A stretch of DNA of 51,128 bases, taken from contig CAIWKC010000144.1 in assembly GCA_903913145.1 (NCBI GenBank), positions 1 through 51,128 of the forward strand, written 5' to 3'. The position numbers and the translations under genes were made by a program. Origin of the DNA: an uncultured Gallionellaceae bacterium (GTDB lineage: Bacteria > Pseudomonadota > Gammaproteobacteria > Burkholderiales > Gallionellaceae). A model generated the notes under the pieces. That model worked only from the letters and a program-made list of their open reading frames with translations. It was not told the origin of the DNA and did no database searches. Shown in pieces: positions 36,128 to 44,079 of this stretch. Position 1 is the first letter of the stretch. The number at the start of each line of letters is the position of its first letter.

Positions 36128-38254
36128 TTAAACAATCAGAGTATTAACGCCAGCCGCACCAGTTGCGAGCGCATACCAATTCGTACCATTTGCAATTGCT
36201 GGCCCCTGCTGTGTTGCTCCATTCCTACCCGCAACTGCACTTGAGTGATATGCCATACTGCCCTTAGTCACAGCTACATAGTTTGCTACCAGCCCTACAT
36301 CAACATTTATATCCGCACCGATCAGAGTCACAGTTGGTGTACCTGCCGCCACATTGAACCACTTGCCAGCCGTGACAAAGTTGTTATTTCCACCAGACTG
36401 AATCGTTACCGTTGATGTGTTGCCAATATTTATCAGGCCATAGGCACTAGCGTTCAGGAATTCATTACCTTCGAAGTAGGCGGTTAGCGTTCCGGCTGTG
36501 ATATAAAAAACTGTGCTTGCAGTATTGTCAAACTTATTACCGATGAAATTGAATCGTGGATTACCCATTGAGTAAACCATAACTCCACAATAACTGTTTG
36601 CATCAAAAGTATTTCCTATAAAGTTACCAACTTTTAGGACACTGACTCCAGAGGGGTAGAATGCTCCGCAGTTATTTGCTGTGCCAAGATAATTACAATA
36701 ATTTGAATTGAGTATATTCACCCCAAGACCTAGCATCCCAACAAGCCCACGATTATTCTTAAATGTGCAGGAGTTAAAAGTAGCTATATTTATAAAACCA
36801 GAAACACCGATTACATTTTGACCATTGGCAAAATAGCTATTATTTACTATAAAATTATCAATCCAACCAGAAAGTAAGATCGGGTCATGTGTTACGTCAT
36901 ATCCAGAGGTAATTGAAATTCCATCTAGCGTTAAATTTGTAATTCTAGTTGGCCCATCAATTAACAGAAGATAATCTGTATTTGCTGTTACACTACCACA
37001 AATATTTTTTAGCCGGATATTTCCCACAAGATTTGTATAACTAGAACCAGACTCTGAAAGGAATGCGATTGCTGGGGACGTGTTCGTGGTAGTGGTCGCA
37101 ACAGAGATATTCTCAATCTCGATATTGTTCATTGTCCAACCCGCTATGTTCAACTGAGTCAGGTAGAAAACAAGTCCGTGAGCACCCTGGGATGTTGCGC
37201 TCAATCCAGACATTTTCAGCCCAATGATCGGGCCGCCTTTATTGATTCCGGCAGCCGCATAGAGAACTGAACCACCAAGACTCACGCCCAAAACATCATC
37301 AAGGCACTGTCCAGCAACATTAATTACCGTCCCATTCAATGCCGGACCATTAACATTGAACAGCGAACTTATGTGAGTTGTATCGCCGTTCTGATATTCA
37401 ATATTAGATACGAAGTAATCACGTACAGCAGACAGGTTAATAGCTTGATACAGGGTGTTTGTGTGCGCCATATCACTCAATGATAATGATGCGGCGTTGT
37501 AGATGATGATTGAGTTATCGGCCCATCCAGCAGTTATTGTTCTGTTGGGGCCATTACCATCCCAGATACCGCCGCGAACTCCTAAGTTAACATTGCACTT
37601 TTTGGCTGTGATAATTCCAGCAATCGTGATTGTTGGCGTTTCATTGAGTGTCAATACAAAGACATTAGCGTTAGTGACAGACTGAACACGGAAGACTCCA
37701 ACATAAGCACCAAGTCCGGCACTAGCGGTAGCGCCCTCAAGAGATACAAAGTCGCCAGTAATAAGTCCGTGACTGTTCCAAGTAACCGTTATCTGATTTC
37801 CAGCCGTCCACGCAGCTACAGTCACAGCATTTGCAGCAGCTAATGCTTGTTTGTTCAGCAGCATATTACCTGCTGTTGCCGCCGCCATTCTGATGGTTGT
37901 ATTCTTACCAAGAGTGAAGAATGTATTATCACCAATCAATAGGGCTGAGTTAATCGTGAATACTCCATTTTGCATCAGGGAAACATTACCACCAGTGTCC
38001 AATGCCTTCTGAATTGCCGCTGTATTAACTGCCGCACTAGCCGAAGGACTCGCACCAAACGCACCAGCATCAACCATTCCAATTACGCCATTCGTACCAA
38101 CCAACCCCGTCACATTCCCCTGCGCGTCTATGGCGTAGGTGGCAAAATTACTCGGACTGCTACTATTATTTACCCCAGCACCGACAATCTGGCCAACCTG
38201 ATTCGTCAGCCAATAGTCTTCCCTATCGGCAATAGGTCTGCGATCTGTTGCCAT
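36128..38254 (-). CDS. Tailspike A (708 aa), probable beta-helix depolymerase-type receptor-binding protein
   Basis: It shares the N-terminus MATDRRPIADREDYWLTNQVGQIVGAGVNNSSSPSNFATY with B and then diverges. It has beta-helix-like repeats (NNSYFANGQNVIGVSGFINIATFNSCTFKNNRG). Confidence 0.8.
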   Translation of the reverse strand: MATDRRPIADREDYWLTNQVGQIVGAGVNNSSSPSNFATYAIDAQGNVTGLVGTNGVIGMVDAGAFGASPSASAAVNTAAIQKALDTGGNVSLMQNGVFTINSALLIGDNTFFTLGKNTTIRMAAATAGNMLLNKQALAAANAVTVAAWTAGNQITVTWNSHGLITGDFVSLEGATASAGLGAYVGVFRVQSVTNANVFVLTLNETPTITIAGIITAKKCNVNLGVRGGIWDGNGPNRTITAGWADNSIIIYNAASLSLSDMAHTNTLYQAINLSAVRDYFVSNIEYQNGDTTHISSLFNVNGPALNGTVINVAGQCLDDVLGVSLGGSVLYAAAGINKGGPIIGLKMSGLSATSQGAHGLVFYLTQLNIAGWTMNNIEIENISVATTTTNTSPAIAFLSESGSSYTNLVGNIRLKNICGSVTANTDYLLLIDGPTRITNLTLDGISITSGYDVTHDPILLSGWIDNFIVNNSYFANGQNVIGVSGFINIATFNSCTFKNNRGLVGMLGLGVNILNSNYCNYLGTANNCGAFYPSGVSVLKVGNFIGNTFDANSYCGVMVYSMGNPRFNFIGNKFDNTASTVFYITAGTLTAYFEGNEFLNASAYGLINIGNTSTVTIQSGGNNNFVTAGKWFNVAAGTPTVTLIGADINVDVGLVANYVAVTKGSMAYHSSAVAGRNGATQQGPAIANGTNWYALATGAAGVNTLIV

Positions 38255-38271
38255 ATTTATCCTTTAGATGT

Positions 38272-40554
38272 TTACCATCCCGTTACAGCGTCCAAAACTC
38301 CCGGAGCAATGTATCTCGTATCAAATCCACCCAGTGAGCCAGCATCAGGCCATCTCAGCACAAATTCACTTCCCGGCTCGGCTATCCTGCTCAATCCGTC
38401 CATCATGTCATCATGCCTTCCAACAGGGAAAGCTAGATATTCTTCGTTGATAAACTCGCTCACCAAGTCATACACTTTATGATCAGTGCGCGTGTACCAA
38501 AATGTGTTAGGCAGGTAGAACAGATTATTTTGAAATAATGGAAGAATTCGTCTGATACGATCTTCCTTCTTCACTTGTCCAGCCACTTCAGTAATCTTGA
38601 ACCGATAGTTCTCTTGGTTCATCACTTGAGTCATGTGCTCAATATCAGCCATCATTCCATACCGTTCATAACGAACTTCATACGGACGCCACTTCTGATG
38701 CAATTCAAATAATTTTCTGGTTCGCTCGTTCAGGTTTAACCTGTCCCGAACCATGTCTAAAACATAATAATTTCTATCTTTGCCTAATCCAATCACCCAC
38801 ATCGATGTGAAATCGTTTGATGCTCGCTTCGCATTAGCAGGATCAACCAGAATAATTTTATTCATTCCGGCACCTTTGCTGGTGTCGTCGTAATACTGTA
38901 GCCATTCTCTTCTAAACTCACCACCTTCACCGGGACGAGGTTCCTGCTGATACAAAGCCGTCCACACCCGCGGATCACGCTTCGCCAGTTCTACCATATC
39001 GTCTGTGTACCATTCAGGCCACAGTCTCTCGCCGGGCTTTCGACCAACAGGATCATCTATCCCTGCTTCCATCGGTATCTTAATAACACGCGCCCTGTGT
39101 CCAAAATATGGGAGCGCCCGACCCGCTAAATCATCTTCGTGCCATCTAGTATTGTGGCTAACTAGCCCATTAGCAATGAAGTTTTCAGTCTCTTCTATTT
39201 GAACATCAAATACTTCTTCAACACCTGCTGATCTGATGTATTCAATCTTGTCCAGAGTGAAGTCTGATGTAGGCTGCGATAGCCAATGCAGTCTCTGCAG
39301 TTTTTGCATAACCGACAGCAAGATTGCAATCATTGCAGAGCAACTGTCTGACTTTGCCTGTTTCGTGGTTATGGTCGATGCATAACTTTCCACCCCAGTG
39401 GGCGCGGACATTATCGCTTGGAGGCTGATTGCAGATGGCGCATTTCCCATCCTGCTCAACAAGCAAACGCTCATAGTCTTCAGCAGAAATCCCGTAGCGA
39501 TGTTTAAGCCTAGCTTTACGCCGTGATTCACTATTTTCGGAAGGGTACTTAATACCTGACTCCCTGCATTTCTTCCCGTAATGTGAGGCGCAATATCCTT
39601 TGCATCTAACTGGCTCGTTGCATCCTTCCCACGCGCAAGTCTTGCCTTTCCATTTTCCCCACTGACTCGGCAAATTTCTTGGCTCAGGCGTAAGTCTTTC
39701 GTTCTGATCCATTTCAACTCCCCACCGTCAAACACAAGAAACGGGTGCCGTTCATTTGCTTTGACTGTTGTTCCGGATGAAGTCTTAATTTCAAATACCG
39801 TATCAAGACCATTACTTTTCCAATTCTTTACTGTTGAAAGAGATAGTTTTCCATTTTTATAAGTAGCAACCTCGTCGCCAACATTAATTTCGCGCAGTGA
39901 CTTTTCCGTTCCATCACTCATTAAGACAGGCGTATCACCTGTCATGCACATGACAAAAAGTAATTTTGCACCAGGTTTTAAACGTGTCATGAGATCGTTA
40001 ATAAACCATTCCCATGTTTTATTGCGCATTGTTTCTGAGTCGGCAATTTCACGGCTTGCAACAATGTCGTCTATACATGCGACATCCGCTCTACGGCCCG
40101 TGACGCTACCGCCCATACCGCAAGCATAGTATTCGCCGCCTTTGGTTGTTTCCCATCTACCAGCAGCAGCAGAATCAGCAGCCAACGATATGCCAAACGT
40201 TTCATTGTAGTCATCAGCACCTACAATATTTCGTACACGCCTACCAAACCTTTCGGCTAGTTCTGCTGTGTGAGAAACTGCAATTACTGATTTTTCTGGA
40301 TTCCTACCAAGAAACCAAGCAGGGAACATAACGGATGAGTAAATCGATTTGCCACTCCCGGGCGGGAGGAACATAAACAACACTTCCGTTTCACCGCGCT
40401 CTAATGCTTCTAATTCACGGATCATTAACTTGTGATGGTCAGCCGGCAATAATTCCAACTGTAATTTACTGAACTGCTCAAATGAATCTCTAGACTTATT
40501 CCGCGCCTTGATCATCATCAAACGCGCCAACTCAGCTTTCTCTGCTAGTGTCAT
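38272..40554 (-). CDS. terL: Terminase large subunit precursor (760 aa) containing a 266-aa intein
   Basis: Walker A is LPPGSGKS and the Walker B region is ADVACIDD. The motif TRWHEDD is split from LLFVM by the intein. The C-terminal nuclease-domain region carries HDDMMDG. Confidence 0.92.
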   Translation of the reverse strand: MTLAEKAELARLMMIKARNKSRDSFEQFSKLQLELLPADHHKLMIRELEALERGETEVLFMFLPPGSGKSIYSSVMFPAWFLGRNPEKSVIAVSHTAELAERFGRRVRNIVGADDYNETFGISLAADSAAAGRWETTKGGEYYACGMGGSVTGRRADVACIDDIVASREIADSETMRNKTWEWFINDLMTRLKPGAKLLFVMCMTGDTPVLMSDGTEKSLREINVGDEVATYKNGKLSLSTVKNWKSNGLDTVFEIKTSSGTTVKANERHPFLVFDGGELKWIRTKDLRLSQEICRVSGENGKARLARGKDATSQLDAKDIAPHITGRNAGSQVLSTLPKIVNHGVKLGLNIATGFLLKTMSVCLLSRMGNAPSAISLQAIMSAPTGVESYASTITTKQAKSDSCSAMIAILLSVMQKLQRLHWLSQPTSDFTLDKIEYIRSAGVEEVFDVQIEETENFIANGLVSHNTRWHEDDLAGRALPYFGHRARVIKIPMEAGIDDPVGRKPGERLWPEWYTDDMVELAKRDPRVWTALYQQEPRPGEGGEFRREWLQYYDDTSKGAGMNKIILVDPANAKRASNDFTSMWVIGLGKDRNYYVLDMVRDRLNLNERTRKLFELHQKWRPYEVRYERYGMMADIEHMTQVMNQENYRFKITEVAGQVKKEDRIRRILPLFQNNLFYLPNTFWYTRTDHKVYDLVSEFINEEYLAFPVGRHDDMMDGLSRIAEPGSEFVLRWPDAGSLGGFDTRYIAPGVLDAVTGW
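39151..39948 (-). mobile_element. Intein (codons 203-468 of terL)
   Basis: Block A is CMTGDTPVL and block B is TVKANERHPF. Blocks F/G are VEEVFDVQIEETENFIANGLVSHN, followed by a +1 Thr. Excision restores LLFVM-TRWHEDD. Confidence 0.88.
39242..39712 (-). CDS. Endonuclease VII / HNH-type homing endonuclease (156 aa), nested out of frame inside the intein
   Basis: GGGGAG lies 5 nt upstream of the ATG at 39712. It has a zinc-knuckle region CAWEGCNEPVRCKGYCASHY and an Endo VII signature CAICN ... LCIDHNHETGKVRQLLCNDCNLAVGY. The frame is offset by 2 nt from terL. Confidence 0.85.
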   Translation of the reverse strand: MDQNERLTPEPRNLPSQWGKWKGKTCAWEGCNEPVRCKGYCASHYGKKCRESGIKYPSENSESRRKARLKHRYGISAEDYERLLVEQDGKCAICNQPPSDNVRAHWGGKLCIDHNHETGKVRQLLCNDCNLAVGYAKTAETALAIAAYIRLHSGQD

Positions 40555-41192
40555 GTCATCAGTTTTTGCAATCTCGCAATTTGTTCATCTATCGCTTGTT
40601 CGGACAATTCTGAATGCCCCTTGCCTTCAATAGTTGATAAGCCGTAAGCTTCGCGCTCCAATCCAATCAGCGTCTTCAATGTATCTGAAAGCTTCTTCAT
40701 CGAATCTATCCTCGATGGGTTAGAGATAATCTTGTGATACAAATCTATTCTCATTTGCTGACCAGCCGCATCATCCTGACGCAGGAACTCGCCCAACTCA
40801 TGGAACTGAGTTTTGTTTGCGGTCATCGACTCCAACTCTTCCAGCAGCGACATCGCTAATGATCTGGACTTGCGAATATCGCCACGATGAGCCAATCGTA
40901 TGTTTGCAATTGCCTGTGCATTCGACTCCACAATCTCTTGCTCGGTTGCAGATTGCGTACTGCGTACTTCACTGCGTACCGCCTCTTTGCGTACCAGTGC
41001 TTCAGCTTTGTCTTTGATCCTTGCAGTTAGATCACGCTCCCATCCGTCACGCTTTGCGCGCTTGCGGACTGCCCCTTCTGTAATACCGTGTTCAATTCCT
41101 ATTTCTCGCAGAGACATTATCCCTGCTCTGTATTCAACCTCAATTCTCTCCCAATCTGCCTCAACCGGTTCTGGTTGTATGATCTGTGGCAT
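40551..41192 (-). CDS. terS: Terminase small subunit
   Basis: It overlaps the terL start by 4 nt. The N-terminal HTH is SLREIGIEHGITEGAVRKRAKRDGW, followed by a helical oligomerisation-like region. Confidence 0.8.
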   Translation of the reverse strand: MPQIIQPEPVEADWERIEVEYRAGIMSLREIGIEHGITEGAVRKRAKRDGWERDLTARIKDKAEALVRKEAVRSEVRSTQSATEQEIVESNAQAIANIRLAHRGDIRKSRSLAMSLLEELESMTANKTQFHELGEFLRQDDAAGQQMRIDLYHKIISNPSRIDSMKKLSDTLKTLIGLEREAYGLSTIEGKGHSELSEQAIDEQIARLQKLMT

Positions 41193-41194
41193 TT

Positions 41195-41401
41195 CTATTT
41201 CTTCCCCATTACTTTCTTGGCCTTCGCATCAATCTTGGCTTTGTCTGCAGGTGATAATTTGCCGGCCTTAACCATTTGGGTAGCGCGAGCCTCGGCGTTA
41301 ATGGCATGACTCTTATCTTCCATGGGATATTTACGTTGAGCAGGCAAGCCAAACTCGCTGGAGATGATTCCAGTACGAGTTTTAGTGGTGAGCTTACTCA
41401 T
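41195..41401 (-). CDS. Small basic protein (68 aa)
   Basis: ORF coupled to its neighbours; the C-terminus is Lys-rich. Confidence 0.65.
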   Translation of the reverse strand: MSKLTTKTRTGIISSEFGLPAQRKYPMEDKSHAINAEARATQMVKAGKLSPADKAKIDAKAKKVMGKK

Positions 41402-41751
41402 TACATCGGAGCCGATTGTTTGGACTTCTTGCTGGCCAACTGATTCCAGTAAGCTTTGGCATCCGGTTGAGCCATCTGAGTGTTGCCGTCATCGCCATCA
41501 GGAGATTCGGCGCCTTCTTCCTGTTCTTCAGCTTGATACATCTCGCCGGCAATCTTTAGCGCATCGTCAATCGAAGAGGCTTGTTGGGGTTGATCCGCTT
41601 GGTCATCAGGAGATGCATCAGAATCATCACCCATCGAGATTTGAAATGTTCCCGATCCGTCCCATGAAATAGTGATAGAGCCACCTTCTTGATCCCCTGT
41701 GTCGGGAGATGCTGTCGGGTCTGCAGGCGCAGCAGCCATTGGATTAGCCAC
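41401..41751 (-). CDS. Acidic protein (116 aa)
   Basis: D/E/Q-rich ORF with ATGA-type overlap. Confidence 0.65.
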   Translation of the reverse strand: MANPMAAAPADPTASPDTGDQEGGSITISWDGSGTFQISMGDDSDASPDDQADQPQQASSIDDALKIAGEMYQAEEQEEGAESPDGDDGNTQMAQPDAKAYWNQLASKKSKQSAPM

Positions 41752-41752
41752 G

Positions 41753-41977
41753 TTAAACCTTGATGATTGAGTTGATTACACTACCATTACCCATCGCTGT
41801 ACCGGAGGATTTGCCTTTACCCTGGATAGGATTGGACTTGGCCGGCTGCACAGCGGAGCCTTGAGTACTGGAGCCTTGATTGAATCCGCTCAATTTTCCA
41901 GTGATGGGCTGAGATTTGGCAGACATTTTCTTGCCTGAACCAATGGATACTTTGCCGGGTTGAGTTTCTTTGGACAT
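41753..41977 (-). CDS. Small G/S/K-rich protein (74 aa)
   Basis: ORF in the operon. Confidence 0.6.
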   Translation of the reverse strand: MSKETQPGKVSIGSGKKMSAKSQPITGKLSGFNQGSSTQGSAVQPAKSNPIQGKGKSSGTAMGNGSVINSIIKV

Positions 41978-41979
41978 GA

Positions 41980-42159
41980 TTATTGCTCCGTTTCTGAATT
42001 GAATTGAGAAAGTTCGATTGCTTGGACAGCCGAGGTTAATGCTTCACCAATGACTTTCGCTTGCTCAGGAGGGAAGATCGCGGTCTGACCCCCCATACGT
42101 ATCGCCACAACAGGATTGCCTTCATACTCTGCAGTATTAACCTCAACAAATTGGTTCAT
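41980..42159 (-). CDS. Small ORF (59 aa), below the ORF-track cutoff
   Basis: MNQFVEVNTAEYEGNPVVAIRMGGQTAIFPPEQAKVIGEALTSAVQAIELSQFNSETEQ. The start overlaps the upstream stop (ATGA), and it exactly fills a 178-nt gap. Confidence 0.55.
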   Translation of the reverse strand: MNQFVEVNTAEYEGNPVVAIRMGGQTAIFPPEQAKVIGEALTSAVQAIELSQFNSETEQ

Positions 42160-42344
42160 ACTTGACCAACATGTTTGGTAACTTCGGCAAAATATGCATC
42201 AACCTTCGCCTTGAAAGTTGCAGGGTCTTCATCCAGCCATGTGTCGAATGTGGTGATGTTGTTCTGGAGATTGGCCGATACCGCAGCAGACTGAGCATTT
42301 AAGCTGTCGATCTGGTCTTGCAATGCTTTACGCAAAGTAGTCAT
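42156..42344 (-). CDS. Small helical protein (62 aa)
   Basis: ATG at 42344 with AGGAA upstream. Confidence 0.6.
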   Translation of the reverse strand: MTTLRKALQDQIDSLNAQSAAVSANLQNNITTFDTWLDEDPATFKAKVDAYFAEVTKHVGQV

Positions 42345-42558
42345 GTTTTTTCCTTCTGATTTTTTGGTAAGTGGTAAAGGTGAGAGGATCAATCATCGAA
42401 ACCTCTAAAGCTTCAAGATCAATGCTAACTTCGTCTGAGAGATGTAGTTCTTCCACGCCGCCGCTTTTGTGCGCGGCGCGGTCATACGCTGAAAAGTCGG
42501 AACTCTCCCCGTCCCCATCAGATTCATGGAGAGGTTGGATTTTGTTCCAGTCGGTCAT
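42328..42558 (-). CDS. Acidic protein (76 aa), first gene after the late terminator
   Basis: ATG at 42558 with GAAAGG upstream. Confidence 0.6.
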   Translation of the reverse strand: MTDWNKIQPLHESDGDGESSDFSAYDRAAHKSGGVEELHLSDEVSIDLEALEVSMIDPLTFTTYQKIRRKKHDYFA

Positions 42559-42572
42559 GGCCTTTCAGTAGG

Positions 42573-42597
42573 AATAAAAAACCCGCCTAGTGGCGGG
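42573..42597 (-). terminator. Rho-independent terminator (minus strand) immediately upstream of the late operon
   Basis: The minus-strand RNA reads CCCGCC-ACUA-GGCGGG followed by UUUUUUAUU. Confidence 0.8.
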
Positions 42598-42759
42598 AGT
42601 GGGAGGAGACAGCAGAATTCGGTAATTAGATGGGGTTCGCAACCTTATGTCGCGCCTGTCAGCATCTCGTGTTTTCGTCATACACTTATGAGACTTTACG
42701 TTTTAACCCCATCAAACCCTATTTCATTTCCTATAGGCGCAACAAAACGGGGTAACGCG

Positions 42760-42788
42760 ACAATAATATAGAATTATCGTTCTGTCAA
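42760..42788 (-). promoter_or_regulatory. Predicted sigma70 late promoter (TTGACA-17-TATTGT)
   Basis: The -35 TTGACA is at 42788-42783, overlapping the stop of the 102-aa gene. The -10 TATTGT is at 42765-42760. It lies about 165-185 nt upstream of the terminator at 42573-42597. Confidence 0.55.
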
Positions 42789-43093
42789 GCGCGAGAGTTG
42801 ATATTTTCGTTTCGTTTCAGAATAGTGCCAATTATTGACTGATACGACAGTTTCATCACTTCATTAGTGGATTTACTGACCGCATCCTCCAACATCATAA
42901 CCAACTGCGCTCTCTCCATCTCTACTGCACCTATAGGCTGACCACACTTCACGCACACGCCCAGTTTTTTCTTTTCCTTGATCTTTAACGCAGTCCAAAC
43001 TGTATTGGTCGTCTTCAATCCAGCTACCCTCGCAGCTTCAGCAACAGACATTCCACCCTCATGCAACTCAATAGCTTTCTGTGTTTTGCTCAT
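42785..43093 (-). CDS. Small HTH DNA-binding protein (102 aa)
   Basis: GGAGG RBS. The N-terminus MSKTQKAIELHEGGMSVAEAARVAGLKTTNTVWTALK is an HTH of the transposase/resolvase-like type. Confidence 0.75.
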   Translation of the reverse strand: MSKTQKAIELHEGGMSVAEAARVAGLKTTNTVWTALKIKEKKKLGVCVKCGQPIGAVEMERAQLVMMLEDAVSKSTNEVMKLSYQSIIGTILKRNENINSRA

Positions 43094-43114
43094 ATTACCT
43101 CCTCTAAAATATAA

Positions 43115-43143
43115 ATTATCTCACCAAATACGACTGGTAGCAA
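43115..43143 (-). promoter_or_regulatory. Predicted sigma70 promoter for the HTH gene (TTGCTA-17-GATAAT)
   Basis: The -35 is at 43143-43138 and the -10 at 43120-43115. The spacer contains TACGACTG (43129-43136). Confidence 0.6.
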
Positions 43144-43207
43144 TTTTTTGCCGTTTAATAACCATTTAGTTAAGTCGGATACCGCATGGATACTTGATCT
43201 CTGCCTA

Positions 43208-43235
43208 TTGACTATCGGTAGTACGACTGTATAAT
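43208..43235 (+). promoter_or_regulatory. Near-consensus sigma70 promoter (TTGACT-16-TATAAT), plus strand
   Basis: The -35 is at 43208-43213 and the -10 at 43230-43235. The spacer contains a second TACGACTG (43222-43229). Confidence 0.7.
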
Positions 43236-43442
43236 GACAACCATCGAAACACAAATTAACTGGGAGTCTGATTAAGGGCGGTCTGCGTGGCTACACAGCT
43301 GATCATAAACGTACCCGCACCAGAGCCGTAAACAGCATCACAGAAAATGTAAGACTGAACAAGTCTTTGTGGTTCCTCGCTGAAGAGCTGGCAAAGATTG
43401 CAGCCTGAGTACCTAGCTTCATTCTCATTTCTCGGAGTGAGA

Positions 43443-43499
43443 ATGGAGATAGATAATCTATCAAGCGCCGCCTACGCTCAACAACGGCAAAGGAGTTAA
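43443..43499 (+). CDS. 18-codon upstream ORF in the leader (MEIDNLSSAAYAQQRQRS)
   Basis: GGAG lies 5 nt upstream. The ATG sits in the 3-prime arm of hairpin 43420-43445. The stop is 2 nt before the main ATG, and the SD of the main gene lies inside the uORF. Confidence 0.35.
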   Translation: MEIDNLSSAAYAQQRQRS

Positions 43500-43501
43500 T
43501 C

Positions 43502-43921
43502 ATGGGAACAAGATCACTGACTTATATCAACGATGGCGTGGAAAATATCGTCTGCCTGTATCGCCAATACGATGGCTACCCTTCAGGACTTGGCAAAGAG
43601 TTGTACGAATTTCTGAGGGATTTTAATATCGTCAACGGCTACGGCAAAGCTGCACCTACTCTCGCCAATGGGATTGGATGTCTGGCCGCTCAGGTCATCA
43701 AGAAATTGAAAGTAGAGACGGGTAACGTTTACATCTATCCACCCAACAGTACCGATTGTGGCGAGGAGTTTACCTACACTATTACTACTAAAAACGGCAA
43801 AGTGTATTTGAAGGTGGATGAAATCGGCTGGGGTGTTACTCCAACGACAACGATATTCACAGGAGAAATCAGAAGTTTTGGTGCTTTCCTTGAGTCTCAG
43901 AAAGAAAAGGTGGCAGCATGA
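43502..43921 (+). CDS. Hypothetical protein (139 aa), unrecognised family
   Basis: AAGGAG lies 7 nt upstream. Apart from the int-lipoprotein pair, this gene and the coupled 53-aa ORF are the only plus-strand coding genes in the phage. MGTRSLTYINDGVENIVCLYRQYDGYPSGLGKELYEFL ... Confidence 0.75.
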   Translation: MGTRSLTYINDGVENIVCLYRQYDGYPSGLGKELYEFLRDFNIVNGYGKAAPTLANGIGCLAAQVIKKLKVETGNVYIYPPNSTDCGEEFTYTITTKNGKVYLKVDEIGWGVTPTTTIFTGEIRSFGAFLESQKEKVAA

Positions 43922-44079
43922 CCTACACTCACCAATTCGGAAATATTACGATCCACTGGGATAGAACAGACAGGAGATCAGCTTTGAAGGTAATCAGGAG
44001 AACTCAACCACAGTTACCCAAACCACCTTCTCTGCTGGAACTTCTTACCTCAATCCACTTCACAACAAGCCCCCTCTAG
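43918..44079 (+). CDS. Small ORF (53 aa) coupled to the 139-aa gene, below the ORF-track cutoff
   Basis: It has an ATGA overlap with the upstream stop and ends in the loop of the terminator hairpin. MTYTHQFGNITIHWDRTDRRSALKVIRRTQPQLPKPPSLLELLTSIHFTTSPL. Confidence 0.45.
   Translation: MTYTHQFGNITIHWDRTDRRSALKVIRRTQPQLPKPPSLLELLTSIHFTTSPL

Noticed and set aside
43126-43236. T7-like promoter resemblance (aaTACGACTggtag and gtagTACGACTgTATAat versus TAATACGACTCACTATAG).
   Set aside because: The spacing and the 3-prime half do not match the T7 consensus, and no phage RNA polymerase gene is present. The repeated octamer is better explained as an operator element within two sigma70 promoters.
43303-43503. 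A 66-aa minus-strand ORF within the leader of the plus-strand cassette.
   Set aside because: It has no RBS and a low-complexity, junk-like sequence. It lies antisense to a region downstream of a consensus plus-strand promoter. The leader-RNA interpretation is preferred.
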